Origin: Ranitomeya imitator
Taxonomy: Eukaryota
DNA length: 64,000 bases
NCBI RefSeq assembly: GCF_032444005.1
Contig: NC_091287.1
Coordinates: 68,634,001 to 68,698,000, forward strand
Direction of reading: 5' to 3'
The position numbers and the translations under genes are program-made. The notes below the pieces were generated by a model. That model saw nothing but the letters and a program-made list of their open reading frames with translations. It was not told the DNA's origin and did no database searches. This document shows, in pieces, positions 39,846-51,935 of this stretch (position 1 is the stretch's first letter; each line of letters starts with the position of its first letter).

Positions 39846-40736
39846 ATGACTGAACTTAATTTGAATCCAGATATGGGTGAACTGGATGGTGCCAGTAATA
39901 TTTTTTCCTATACGGATGATGATGCCGCTCGGATCATTAATGCTGCACAGACTGACGTGACTTTCTTGAGTGTCCCCTCTGGTGACATGTTGAAAAGGAA
40001 GTATGAAAATGAGAAACGGAGATTGATCTCACTGGAACTGCATGTTTCAACTTTAACTGAATATTATAAAGTGCACAGGATACCACGTGGCCTGCGTCCA
40101 CATCTCCGGCCCACACTAATGGCTGAGAATGTGTTGTTCTGCTCAAGATTTGAGTCTATAACAAATAAGTACTGTTTCGATCTGATGTTGCTAAACATTG
40201 AATTTTTGAGTAAAGAAATTGAGACTCTTAAAAGGAATATTGTTGAATGTGAACAGTTGCTTACAGCTCATTTGACAACATCAGAAATGAGTGCTTATAT
40301 GACACGATTGAATGTTAATCTATCTAAATTTCGTGCAGACAATGAGAGCACTAAAAGGACTAAATGGTTCCGTGATAATGAGGACTATAAGACAGGTCGA
40401 GTTTTTCCATGGCATATGGGGAAATAGTCCTCACAAAGAAATAACAGGACTTTTCAATCACGTCGACGAAAGAGAGCCCCTGAGGGTAGACAACAATTTG
40501 GCTTCACTACTGGGGAATCTGACTCCACTGATGATTCTAATATGGGAGCCTCAACATCAACATCAACAAATTTTTTGGAGAGAGAAATAGCGACAGATAC
40601 TGCCCCTGGAGGAGATACCGGAGGGGGGGCAGGAAACATAAAAGGAACAAAGTCAGCACAAGGACAGAGAGTGATGCGGAACACTACAATGAAACAGAGG
40701 AATGGAGAGGAGAGACGGAGGTTCAACAATCGATAG
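39846..40736 (+). pseudogene. Penelope ORF1 (helical/basic protein) with one in-frame TAG at 40425-40427
   Basis: ORFs 39810..40427 and 40542..40736 are in the same frame, and the intervening 114 nt are open (SSQRNNRTFQSRRRKRAP...SDSTDDS). Confidence 0.65.
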
Positions 40737-43012
40737 AAAAAACCCTTGTGGTGAACATTTCCTCTGTTATTTTGTCTACGATTGAACTGAGTGTTTTGGA
40801 AAAGGGCCTTTCGTTTTGCCCCACTAATTTACCTGATTAGTTTCAATTAGAGACTGACTTGTTTGGTTTTTTTAGGGGGTGTCGTTTAACTTCTTTCTTT
40901 GCAGATGAAAAACAGGATATAATGAGACCAGTTGATGTTGGGAATGCTAATCTCTTTTCTTTACAGGGTGTTGGTTTATACGGCAGAAGTGATTTTCAGC
41001 CACCTACCAGAACCCATATAGTGGAGGCATTTATACAGTTGGTTGAAAAAGATTTTGAGACACTAAGAAAGACACATAGAAATCGTTGTCGGCATAACCT
41101 GACTATGGCTGAGAGAAAAGCTCTGGATAATCTTTCCAATAACACATCCATTACGATCAAGGCCGCCGACAAAGGTGGGGCGGTGGTTGTGATGGATACT
41201 GTTAAATACAAAGTGGAGATATTACGACAATTGTCAGACACTGATGTTTACTGTAAGTTGTCAGGGGACCCCACATTACGCTTCCAGAAGGAGCTACAGC
41301 TTATAGTCAATGAGGCCTTGACCAATGGCCTGATTGACTCTAAGCTGTCGGAATATTTGATCACCAACTGTCCGGTTAGGCCTTTGATATATGTTTTGCC
41401 CAAAATTCACAAAGATTATTTTAACCCCCCGGGCCGGCCGATTGTTTCAGGCCGTGACTCCATTTTCAATAAAGTTTCGATTTTTTTGGATAAGGTGTTG
41501 TCCAAGTTTGCATCAGGTGCAAAGTCGTATATCCGTGACACTGATGATTTTTTGAATAAACTTGAGAGTGTAAATGTTACAACTGATACACTGTTGGTGT
41601 CCTTTGATGTGGTGTCGTTATACACCTCCATAGAGCATGACAGGGGTTTGGCAGCCGTTGATGTGGCGCTATCGGGCTCGGACGTGGGGCCGGACCGTGC
41701 ACGTCTGGTCCTCCAGCTGCTGGGGTTCATTCTCAGAAAGAATTATTTCCTTTTTGAGGATGATTACTACCAGCAGCTGAGGGGTACCGCCATGGGGTCC
41801 AATGTGGCCCCCACCTATGCTAATATCTACATGGCGGTGCTCGAGGACCAGTACGTGTATGTCTCGCGGTTTTGGCCCCAGGTCCGGGCCTGGTGGCGCT
41901 ACATCGACGATGTGTTCGTGGTATGGGAGGGGCACCTCAGTGAACTACTTGATTTTCACCAAGAGTTAAACAACATTTTTCCTGAACTCAGTTTTACGAT
42001 CACATATTCTCAGGAACAGGTGCAATTCCTGGACACACTGGTGTACAAAGTCGGGTCTTCTCTAAAAACTGATCTATATGTGAAGAGCACGGATAGAAAC
42101 AGCTTATTACGGTTTAATAGCCATCATCCAAGGAATATGCTTGAGTCGTTACCATGGAGCCAGATGCTTAGAGTGAGGAGGATAGTGGCGGAGGACTCAC
42201 GTCTTGACTCTAGATTGGATGAGATGTGCCATAAATTTTTGAGTAGGGGTTATCCTGTGGGTGGAGTTAGATGGCATATGGAACGGGCTAAGGGGACATC
42301 TAGAGAGGCCATAAGGGAGAAAAAATCTAGGGTTAGAGAGAAGCGGATTCCCTTTGTGTCCACTTTTAATACTGCTAGTGGGTTGATGAAGAACGTGATT
42401 TTGAAACACTGGCACATTTTGCATCAAGGTCTGCCTGACATTGAAGAATTTGCCCTGCCACCGATTTTATCCTACAAAAGAGGACGCAACCTTAAGGACA
42501 AATTGGTCAAATCCGATGTTGGCCCTATAGTGACCAAGGTACAGAGGACATTGGGTCCCCCTAAATTTGGTAATTTTCCCTGTTTGGGATGCGCGTGTTG
42601 TGGGAATATAATCAAGGGTGATTTTTTTAATCATCCTCACACAGGTGAGAGATACTCCATCAGGGGGAGGTACACGTGTACCTCAAGTTTTGTTATTTAT
42701 CTTATTGTTTGTCCTTGTGGACTTGCGTATGTGGGTGAGACCACAATGGAAATCAAGGCCCGCATTAGTAAACATAAGAGTACTATCAGGACCAAAATGT
42801 TGGAATTATCAATACCTAAACATTTCATTGATAGTGGGCATTCGATCAGTCAGTTACGATTTAGGGTGATAGATGGCGTGCCTCCTCTACGTAGGGGTGG
42901 GGACAGGGTCAAACTATTAAAAAAGAAAGAACTCAGATGGATATCGAGGTTGGGTTCTCGACAGCCTGGGGGGTTAAATGTTGACTACAATCTCTCAGTA
43001 TGTGTTTCTTGA
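40541..43012 (+). pseudogene. Penelope ORF2: reverse transcriptase + GIY-YIG endonuclease, with one in-frame TAG at 40838-40840
   Basis: RT motifs IKAADKGGAVVVMD, YVLPKIHK, PPGRPIVS, SFDVVSLYTSI, RGTAMGS and RYIDD. Cys-rich linker CLGCACC and VIYLIVCPCGLAYVGET (GIY-YIG). The upstream frame holds the conserved VVNISS..LEKGLSFCP and ends PD*FQLE. Confidence 0.93.
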
Positions 43013-43032
43013 TATATCCATATATGGTCCTG

Positions 43033-44535
43033 TGTGGCTCACATCCGTTTAGATTGTTTTTAATGTGGTGATGGTTATATTACTTATTGCATTTTTTCTA
43101 GAATGTGAATTGACATTTGGTTGATGGGCTGATCTTTCTTCTGTCTGTCGGACATGATGTTTTGTTTTCTTGATGGATATATAGCCATGGATATGGCGTA
43201 ATGTTATTCAAAATGATTCATCTTTATGCTTCCCTATATTATAGTTTGTCAAGTAGGATGGGTCTGAGCTAAGTTTAGCTACTTATGGCCCCATTTATTG
43301 ATTGAGGGGTGATTATGGGGACCTCCTTTTATAACCTTGAGCTGGGGAGCGTAATATTTGCACATCTCCTTCTTTTGTATTTTCACATAGCTAGTGGCAT
43401 TTGCCCTTTAGTGAGAGCTAGGGCACAGATGGAACATTAGCACATTAGCGTGGCTGTGGGGTCCGGGGGGCGTGTTTTTCGGCCTTCTCTAGCGGCGCTA
43501 TGGGGTCCGGGGGGCGTGTCTGTCGGCCTTCTAGCGGCGCTATGTTTACATGGGCCGCTGGTGGGCCGACGGTCATGCGTACTCGGTCCTGGACTTACGT
43601 GAGTATGGTGAGGTGACGCGCTGGTCGGTCATGTGACCTGAGTAAGGGCGGATGCTGATGCAGAGCCTGCGGTGATTCGAATACATGGGGCGTGTACCGG
43701 TCTGGATGGGCGTGCCTCTCGGCGGCTGTCAGCGTAGCTACATGTGTTTACATGTCTGGCGCTGCCGTGTGGCCGGCAGATTTGCGCAAGTTAATTGGAT
43801 ATACCCGGGGGTGAGTAATGGGAGCTTGTAATACTATCACCTATGTCACTATATACGATTGTGTACGATTATGTAGCACTACGGTAGTCAGCCTGGAGGG
43901 TGTTACTATGTAAGCGTTTATGGAGCTTGGATTGGCTCCGAAGCTTGGGCTCGATATGGGTTAGGGCCCTGGATTGGATTTTCACCAGAGGCATGGATTG
44001 GCTAATTAAGTATTGATGTGTTATGGGTATAGTGATAGGCAGCTCACGCTCACAATAGCCCCCATGTGTCCTCTGATAGGCCGTCGAGTGACTTGCGAGT
44101 TTTGTTTATTTACCTTTCACCATTGACATGTGTATATTAGTATGTGCTCGAACAATATTGCCAACAATGTGATCATGTGTTATGAATGCAATGAGATTTT
44201 AATTATGTATGTTTCACTTTGTATATGTTTTTTATTGTTAATACGATCACCAGTTATTATGTATGTAAATTTTGTAGGCGGATCCTTCAGGTGGTGGTGA
44301 TCCACTTCCTTTATAAGGCCGTCATTTTGAATGTTATACATGCTTGATAAAGACCCCAATGGGGTTGAAACGTCGCATTTAAGGCACAATAAAGTGTTTA
44401 TTTCTTTTTCACCCGGATTGGATGCTGTCCTTCACTTCTGAATTTTGGTATGTACTCCTCCACTTGGATCCTGTGGAGTTAGGACGAGCACCACTATATA
44501 CCACGGAGTGCTGTCTGCCGCTATTTTGTTGTTTG
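43033..44535 (+). repeat. Penelope pseudo-LTR, downstream copy
   Basis: Direct repeat of 38303-39805, ending at the TSD. Confidence 0.95.
44340..44378 (+). ncRNA. Minimal hammerhead motif, downstream pseudo-LTR copy
   Basis: Identical to 39610-39648. Confidence 0.65.
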
Positions 44536-44794
44536 AACCACAATACCACTGTCATAGATTGACAGAGGCATCTTAATGGTTAAGTCAGCTCTGGCCACTG
44601 CTGTTAGGCACAAATGCTGGCTATGTAACATAGCCAGCATCTACCACATGTTGAGAGATCTCGTGAACCCCCTTCACACTTGCGGACTACTGCCCAGGAT
44701 ATTTATTCACGTACAAATATGGGGAGGGGGCTAATTCTCTAATTTATGCCCCTTTAGTAAAGGGATATACTTTTCGTATCAGTTTTGTATTTAA

Positions 44795-46318
44795 AACATA
44801 GTAACATAGTAACATAGTAACATAGTTAGTAAGGCCGAAAAAAGACATTTGTCCATCCAGTTCAGCCTATATTCCATCATAATAAATACCCAGATCTACG
44901 TCCTTCTACAGAACCTAATAATTGTATGATACAATATTGTTCTGCTCCAGGAAGACATCCAGGCCTCTCTTGAACCCCTCGACTGAGTTCGCCATCACCA
45001 CCTCCTCAGGCAAGCAATTCCAGATTCTCACTGCCCTAACAGTAAAGAATCCTCTTCTATGTTGGTGGAAAAACCTTCTCTCCTCCAGACGCAAAGAATG
45101 CCCCCTTGTGCCCGTCACCTTCCTTGGTATAAACAGATCCTCAGCGAGATATTTGTATTGTCCCCTTATATACTTATACATGGTTATTAGATCGCCCCTC
45201 AGTCGTCTTTTTTCTAGACTAAATAATCCTAATTTCGCTAATCTATCTGGGTATTGTAGTTCTCCCATCCCCTTTATTAATTTTGTTGCCCTTCTTTGTA
45301 CTCTCTCTAGTTCCATTATATCCTTCCTGAGCACCGGTGCCCAAAACTGGACACAGTACTCCATGTGCGGTCTAACTAGGGATTTGTACAGAGGCAGTAT
45401 AATGCTCTCATCATGTGTATCCAGACCTCTTTTAATGCACCCCATGATCCTGTTTGCCTTGGCAGCTGCTGCCTGGCACTGGCTGCTCCAGGTAAGTTTA
45501 TCATTAACTAGGATCCCCAAGTCCTTCTCCCTGTCAGATTTACCCAGTGGTTTCCCATTCAGTGTGTAATGGTGATATTGATTCCCTCTTCCCATGTGTA
45601 TAACCTTACATTTATCATTGTTAAACCTCATCTGCCACCTTTCAGCCCAAGTTTCCAACTTATCCAGATCCATCTGTAGCAGAATACTATCTTCTCTTGT
45701 ATTAACTGCTTTACATAGTTTTGCATCATCTGCAAATATCGATATTTTACTGTGTAAACCTTCTACCAGATCATTAATGAATATGTTGAAGAGAACAGGT
45801 CCCAATACCGACCCCTGCGGTACCCCACTGGTCACAGCGACCCAGTTAGAGACTATACCATTTATAACCACCCTCTGCTTTCTATCACTAAGCCAGTTAC
45901 TAACCCATTTACACACATGTTCCCCCAGACCAAGCATTCTCATTTTGTGTACCAACTTCTTGTGCGGCACGGTATCAAATGCTTTGGAAAAATCGAGGTA
46001 TACCACGTCCAATGACTCACCGTGGTCCAGTCTATAGCTTACCTCTTCATAAAAACTGATTAGATTGGTTTGACAGGAGCGATTTCTCATAAACCCATGC
46101 TGATATGGAGTTAAACAGTTATTCTCATTGAGATAATCCAGAATAACATCCCTCAGAAACCCTTCAAATATTTTACCAACAATAGAGGTTAGACTTACTG
46201 GCCTATAATTTCCAGGTTCACTTTTAGAGCCCTTTTTGAATATTGGCACCACATTTGCTATGCGCCAGTCCTGCGGAACAGACCCTGTCGCTATAGAGTC
46301 ACTAAAAATAAGAAATAA
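44795..46318 (-). mobile_element. CR1 LINE, 5'-truncated, with an octamer tail
   Basis: RT ORF plus a short 3' UTR ending in 4 x AACATAGT (44795-44826; ACTATGTT in the sense strand), a CR1-style 8-bp tail. Confidence 0.93.
44915..46318 (-). CDS. CR1 ORF2 C-terminal fragment (reverse transcriptase), open but 5'-truncated
   Basis: VPQDWRIANVVPIFKKG, NYRPVSLTS, QHGF, YLDFSKAFD, GVPQGSVLGP and FADD. No APE domain. The first residues of the listed ORF come from flanking DNA. Confidence 0.9.
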   Translation of the reverse strand, partial: LFLIFSDSIATGSVPQDWRIANVVPIFKKGSKSEPGNYRPVSLTSIVGKIFEGFLRDVILDYLNENNCLTPYQHGFMRNRSCQTNLISFYEEVSYRLDHGESLDVVYLDFSKAFDTVPHKKLVHKMRMLGLGEHVCKWVSNWLSDRKQRVVINGIVSNWVAVTSGVPQGSVLGPVLFNIFINDLVEGLHSKISIFADDAKLCKAVNTREDSILLQMDLDKLETWAERWQMRFNNDKCKVIHMGRGNQYHHYTLNGKPLGKSDREKDLGILVNDKLTWSSQCQAAAAKANRIMGCIKRGLDTHDESIILPLYKSLVRPHMEYCVQFWAPVLRKDIMELERVQRRATKLIKGMGELQYPDRLAKLGLFSLEKRRLRGDLITMYKYIRGQYKYLAEDLFIPRKVTGTRGHSLRLEERRFFHQHRRGFFTVRAVRIWNCLPEEVVMANSVEGFKRGLDVFLEQNNIVSYNY

Positions 46319-47254
46319 AACCATATGAGACACTAAACTTTAAGGACTTTGTCACTTTCTCTTGTGTTTCCTTACAACCATACCATCAGCCTCCACCAAT
46401 ATGAAACACCTCACATGGGAAAGCAGCTTTTCTATTGGCGGATGATGATGGACTCATCTGGTCAAATGTTCCTCCATCTGAAGCCACTGACAGAAGACCT
46501 AGTAAGTGTGTGGGGAAAGCTACAAAAACAAGAGAAAATGGCCAGCCCCTTTAAGTCATACTTTAGATACTGATAACTTTATTTTTCACTTTGAAAGAAG
46601 GTATAAATTTTAATCAAGTTCTAATTGTGACAGCATACGATATATCAAGCATTACAGGTCTCTTATGGCATAAAATATAATTGAATTCTAACATTCAATA
46701 ACAAGAACACAAAATAAGAAACAAACTAAGTGCTAAGAACATCAACCCTTGCTGGGTTTCATGGCTGACCTACGACAGAAGTAAAGGTTGCAACTCTGAA
46801 CAAAAGCTTCATTTTCTACCCATATCAATTCTGAAATATGGAAATTAGCTGTACAAAAACAATTATAATTAATTATTAGGTGCTTCTTTCTAATGTTAAT
46901 TATGTTGCTTGCTTTTTTTATACTTTTCAGCTTCGATATTCATGATCTTTTAGATCTAATAAATTATAAAAGATTCTCTATCTTTTCCTCTGTCTCTACA
47001 AATAAGTCAATTAATATGCAAATTACTTACACAACAAAATTGTCCGCAGTTTACTCAGTGTAAGATGTTAATTACACATATTTTAAAATACATATATTCT
47101 GTTTATAGTCTGAATTGAATTCTTTAAAGATAAGCTATCTATTTGTCTGTCTATCTATCATCAAAAAGTCTATCTATCTATCTTTCTGAAGAAACAAAAA
47201 ACTGAGGCAGCACTCCAAAAAAAGTGCAATCTATATGACTTGAATGGCCTATGT

Positions 47255-47293
47255 GGCGAAGTTTCGGTTCACAGTGTGAACATTAATCAAGCT
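47255..47293 (-). other. Degenerate Penelope-type minimal hammerhead remnant
   Basis: Minus strand AGC UUGAUUAA U GUUCAC ACU GUGAAC C GAAAC UUC GCC, near GGCAGCACTCC (revcomp of the Penelope terminal GGAGTGCTG). Confidence 0.5.
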
Positions 47294-48145
47294 TTCTATT
47301 TGTCTCTCTGTCTTTCTATATATTTAACAATTTGCCTTTATGATACACTAATTCTTGGGTGACTGCCACGATTCACACATGGAAAGCTATAATGGACTTC
47401 CACTTTCTTTGAGGAACTGCTAGTCTATTGTAGGATTTTCTGCTAGTCCTTCGCCAATATTATTTTTATCTAGTTTTGGATTACCCCATAGAATTAAACC
47501 TCCAGATTTCCAGAGAGAAAATTAATTATCATATTAAATGTTGGATAAAACAGATGGGGAATTGTATCTTCATAATAAATAACAACACATCAACAACAAA
47601 ATACAAACACTTCATTAATATTAGTCATTACAGATAATTAACTAGTGTGAGTATTTTGATTGCACATCTCTCTCTTTCTCTCTCTCCTTTTCAGTATTGA
47701 GATTTGTGGAAAATTTTCTAGACAAAAATCACATTTTGGGGAAAATTTTAGCAATGCTAATGAACACAAATTTCTAAGGATCTGCTCATTTCTACCAGGT
47801 TATATAATCACTAAGTTTGTGTTACAATCTGATATGCTGTTATAGTGCAGGGTCTAAAAAGATTGACATTACAGCAGTAGGAACTCTACTGTCCAGCAGC
47901 AATGGCTCGCCGGGAATTAGAACATCTGTGACTTTGTGGCTTCCAGGGCCACGCTTTTGACACGCTTTTGGCGAACACCCACAGAGATGAGCATCACTTT
48001 ATTTACACCCCGCAGAGTGCAAGTGATAGCAACTGAATGGCTTGATCCCCTGATAAAGATTTGCATTGAAACACGCATTAGAGCTGGTTCCACTCAAACA
48101 GGAGGAAATTATCTATTGCTATGATCTACACATTAGCATTATCAC

Positions 48146-48328
48146 TAGTGATGAGCAAATGTACTCGGTACTCGAGATTTTCCGAGTATGCTCGGGTGTC
48201 CTCCGAGTATTTGTAAGTACTCAGAGATTTAGTTTTCAGAGCCGCAGCTGATTGATTTATATCTGTTAGCCAGCATAAGTACATGTGGGGGTTGCCTGGT
48301 TGCTAGGGAATCCTCACATGTACTTACT
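48146..48328. mobile_element. Left half of a TAGTGATGAG-type hAT MITE
   Basis: Aligns by eye with 21743-21890. No right end was found. Confidence 0.6.
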
Positions 48329-48332
48329 GTTA

Positions 48333-48853
48333 GTTTAGGGGCCACATCACATTTGAAGTCATTTTGAGGGATCTATATGATAGAAAATAATCAAGTGTGA
48401 CACCATTCTAAAAACTGCACCCCTCAAGATGCTCAAAACCACATTCAAGAAGTTTAATAACCCTTCAGGTGTTTCACAGGAATTTTTGGAATGTTAAAAA
48501 AAAAAATAACATTTAACTCATTTAACTTTTTTTCACAAAAAATTTATTCAGCTCCAATTTGTTTTATTTTACCAAGGGTAACAGGAGAAAATTGACCCCA
48601 AAAGTTGTTGTACAATTTGTCCTAAGTACGCTGATACCCCATATGTGGGGGTACACCACTGTTTGGGCGCATGGCAGAGCTTGGAAGGGAAGGAGCGCCG
48701 TTTGACTTTTCAATGCAAAATAGACTGGAATTGAGATGGGACGCCATGTTGCGTTTGGAGAGCCCCTAATGTGCCTAAACATTGAAACCGCCCACACGTG
48801 ACACCATTTTGGAAAGTAGACCCCCTAAGGAACTTATCTAGATATGTGGTGAG
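48333..48853. mobile_element. Fragment of an interspersed repeat, interrupted by the giant hAT
   Basis: Resembles an abundant anuran non-autonomous repeat (from memory, not searched). It stops abruptly at the hAT TIR. Confidence 0.4.
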
Positions 48854-49287
48854 TAGAGTTGAGCGACCTTGACCTTTTTAGAGTCGAGCCGGGTTTTGCG
48901 AAACCCGACTATGTCCAAAGTCGGGTCGAGTGAAATCGGCCGATTATGACGTAAAGTCGGGATCGACCGAAACACGAAACCCAATGCAAGTCAATGGGGC
49001 AGCATAGTCGGCAGTGAGTGGGGGCCAGGAAAACACCTAGAGTGCCCATTTTAATGTCAAAACCATCCATTCTTCTTAATGAAGCTTGTCAAGCGTAATT
49101 TACCTTATAATAATTGGAAGGCATTTGAAATTGGGGGTCATTTGGCTAAAGTTGTGGGGGGTAGGGCTGGTTCAAGTAATTAGTGGGCCCAGGAAATCTG
49201 GACCACGTCACGGCAGTGGAGCAGGGAGAGGTAAGTATTTCAACTTTGCAAGTGCTGTGAACCTGAGCAAGCAGGGGGGGCCCACTC

Positions 49288-49413
49288 GTTGGCATTGGCA
49301 CTGGCACAGGGCCCCTCAAAGTACAGCGGTGTGTTTGCACGGCGGGGGCGCCTCCCACCGGCAGCAACACTTTTGCGTACTATGAGAGGCCCTGTGCCAG
49401 TGACGTCGCCAAC
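49288..49413. other. Long imperfect hairpin, copy 1
   Basis: GTTGGC/GCCAAC, CACTGGCACAGGGCC/GGCCCTGTGCCAGTG, CTCA/TGAG, AGTAC/GTACT and GTGTT/AACAC. Confidence 0.8.
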
Positions 49414-49914
49414 TAGTATTCCTCCCCCCACCTGATGAAGGAACCTGCACTTTCATCTGCACCTTCCTCTTTGTCCCCGTGTAAGGTGATATGGTATGCG
49501 GGAAGAGCAACCTGACTTTCAGCAGGGTCACAATGTTGTTGTGTAGCGTGCACGGGGAATGTTGCGTTATGGGTCAATGTACCAGCAGACTCATCTATCA
49601 CTGGCTGGGCAATGGGCACGATGAAGTGGAAACACAGATATAGGCCCAAAGAAGAAAGTGGGCTAAATGCAGTTCAAAATTGGTAACACAGGAATAACCA
49701 GGGGGCATTGCAGTGGAGGACAACTGGAATGAGAGGCTGACACAGAGAGTAGGGCCAAATCAGTAAGTAGTCGAAATGCAGTTCAAAATTGGCAACCGTA
49801 GTAAACAGGCGGCACAGCTTTGTTCAGTGGAGGAGAACAGCAAGGAGTGGCAGACACCGACAGTAGGCCCCAAACCAACTAGTACGCCAAATGCAGTTGT
49901 TCCATTTAACCACA

Positions 49915-50895
49915 ATTTAATGAGAGCCTGAAGATAGAAGCTCAGGAAAGGCAACCTGGGGAACACCTTGGAGTGTAACACACCATCTCTCTCCACCCCA
50001 TACCCATTTTGTATGGCCTAATGCAGTGTACTTTTCTACAACTACTAAACGAGAGTCGGAAGACCGAAGCAATGGCAAGGAAACCTGGGGAACACCTTAG
50101 AGTGTAACACACCCTCTCTCTACACCCCATACCCAATTTGAAGGTCTAATGCAGTGTAGTTTCCAAGAACTACTAAACGAGAGCCGGAAGATCGAAGCTC
50201 AGGAAAGGCAACCTGGGGAACACCTTGGAGTGTAACACACCCTCTCGCTACACCCCATACCCAATTTGAAGGCCTAATGCAGCGTAGTTTCCAACAACTA
50301 CTAAACGAGAGCCGGAAGATCGAAGCTCAGGAAAGGCAACCTGGGGAACACCTTGGAGTGTAACAAACCCTCTCTCTACACCCCATACCCAATTTGTAGG
50401 CCTAATGCAGCGTAGTTTCCGACAACTACTAAACGAGAGCCGGAATATCGAAGCTCAGGAAAGGCAACCTGGGGAACACCTTGGAGTGTAACACACCCTC
50501 TCTCTACACCCCATACCCAATTTGTAGGCCTAATGCAGCGTAGTTTCCGATAACTACTAAACGAGAGCCGGAATATCGAAGCTCAGGAAAGGCAACCTGG
50601 GGAACACCTTGGAGTGTAACACACCCTCTCTCTACACCCCATACCCAATTTGAAGGCCTAATGCAGTGTAGTTTCCAAGAACTACTAAACGAGAGCCGGA
50701 AGATCGAAGCTCAGGAAAGGCAACCTGGGGAACACCTTGGAGTGGAACACACCATCTCTCTACACCCCATACCCAATTTGAAGGCCTAATGCAGCGTAGT
50801 ATCCAACAACTACTAAACGAGAGCCGGTAGATCGAAGCTCAGGAAAGGCAACCTGGGGAACACCTTGGAGTGTAACACAACGTCTCTCTACACCA
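49915..50895. repeat. Satellite A, 128-bp unit, ~7.5 copies
   Basis: AACTACTAAACG recurs at 50040, 50168, 50296, 50424, 50552, 50680 and 50808. Confidence 0.97.
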
Positions 50896-51549
50896 CGGAA
50901 GGGATGATTCTTAGGAAGGAAGGCTGTTGGAAATAAGCATTGCGCGTCCGAGGGTGATTAGATTCTTATTAGGTATATACTCACCCTCGGACGCGCCCTG
51001 CTTCTTTATTTGGAATGAATGTTTATTTGCAATGTGGTGTTGACTTTCTCTATTATTTTGGTAATTAATGATTTTATTATTTTCATTATTTTGCATCTTC
51101 TCGGCAATAATATAAAGAAGACGCGACAGGACAACACTCGGTGGATGCCATATGTGTGTTTTCAATTTAAAAAACCTTTCAGTTAACTACTTGCAGGAGA
51201 AAGTAATTGTAGCTGGTGGCCATTTTTAGTACTGTACCAGATTTTAGCTGTTTGTTTGTTTTTAATGTCAAAATGTCTGCATTTGATATCTCACCAGTAT
51301 TTTCTTTTTTATAAGCAAAATCCTTTTTTTTTTATTTTATGATGTTGGTTCAAGGGGTACACGGGCAGCAGTAGACAGGTCAGTGGAGGCCTAGTGGAAG
51401 GAGGGACCGCAGACAGGCTTCGAAGCCCTAACATAATAAATTGGGCTGCCTGTAGGCAATTTAAAATTGGTTCCAGGGGAACACGGGCAGCAGTAGACAG
51501 GTCAGTGGAGGCCTAGAGGAAGGAGGGACCGCAGATGCGCCAATGTTTC

Positions 51550-51935
51550 CCCCATACCAAATTTGTAGGCCTAATGCAGTGTAGTTTCCAACAACTACTA
51601 AACGAGAGCCGGAATTTCGAAGCTCAGGAAAGGCAACCTGGGGAACACCTTGGAGTGTAACACACCCTCTCTCTACACCCCATACCCAATTTGAAGGCCT
51701 AATGCAGTGTAGTTTCCAACAACTACTAAACGGGAGCCGGAATATCGAAGCTCAGGAAAGGCAACCTGGGGAACACCTTGGAGTGTAACACACCCTCTCT
51801 CTACACCCCATACCCAATTTGAAGGCCTAATGCAGTGTAGTTTCCAAGAACTACTAAACGAGAGCCGGAAGATCGAAGCTCAGGAAAGGCAACCTGGGGA
51901 ACACCTTGGAGTGTAACACAACGTCTCTCTACACG
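51550..51935. repeat. Satellite A, second block, ~3 copies
   Basis: Same motif at 51593, 51721 and 51849. Part of a ~1041-bp duplication. Confidence 0.95.

Larger units (their letters stand above)
36220..44535 (+). mobile_element. Penelope-like retroelement insertion (8316 bp): inverted 3' arm + filler + pseudo-LTR + full 4730-bp monomer
   Basis: 15-bp TSD AACCACAATACCACT (36205-36219 / 44536-44550). 36220-38213 is the revcomp of 42450-44443. Direct repeats 38303-39805 and 43033-44535. RT plus GIY-YIG ORF. Confidence 0.97.

Noticed and set aside
492-46037. Long antisense ORFs over Tc1 (492..1229), Gypsy RT (25098..25760, 28806..29468) and CR1 (44922..45569, 45594..46037)
   Set aside because: They are shadows of the coding strand with no recognisable motifs.
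49432-49460. CUGAUGA next to hairpin copy 1 as a possible hammerhead
   Set aside because: It is followed by AGG-AA-CCU-GCAC with no GAAA, and it is not conserved beside hairpin copy 2.
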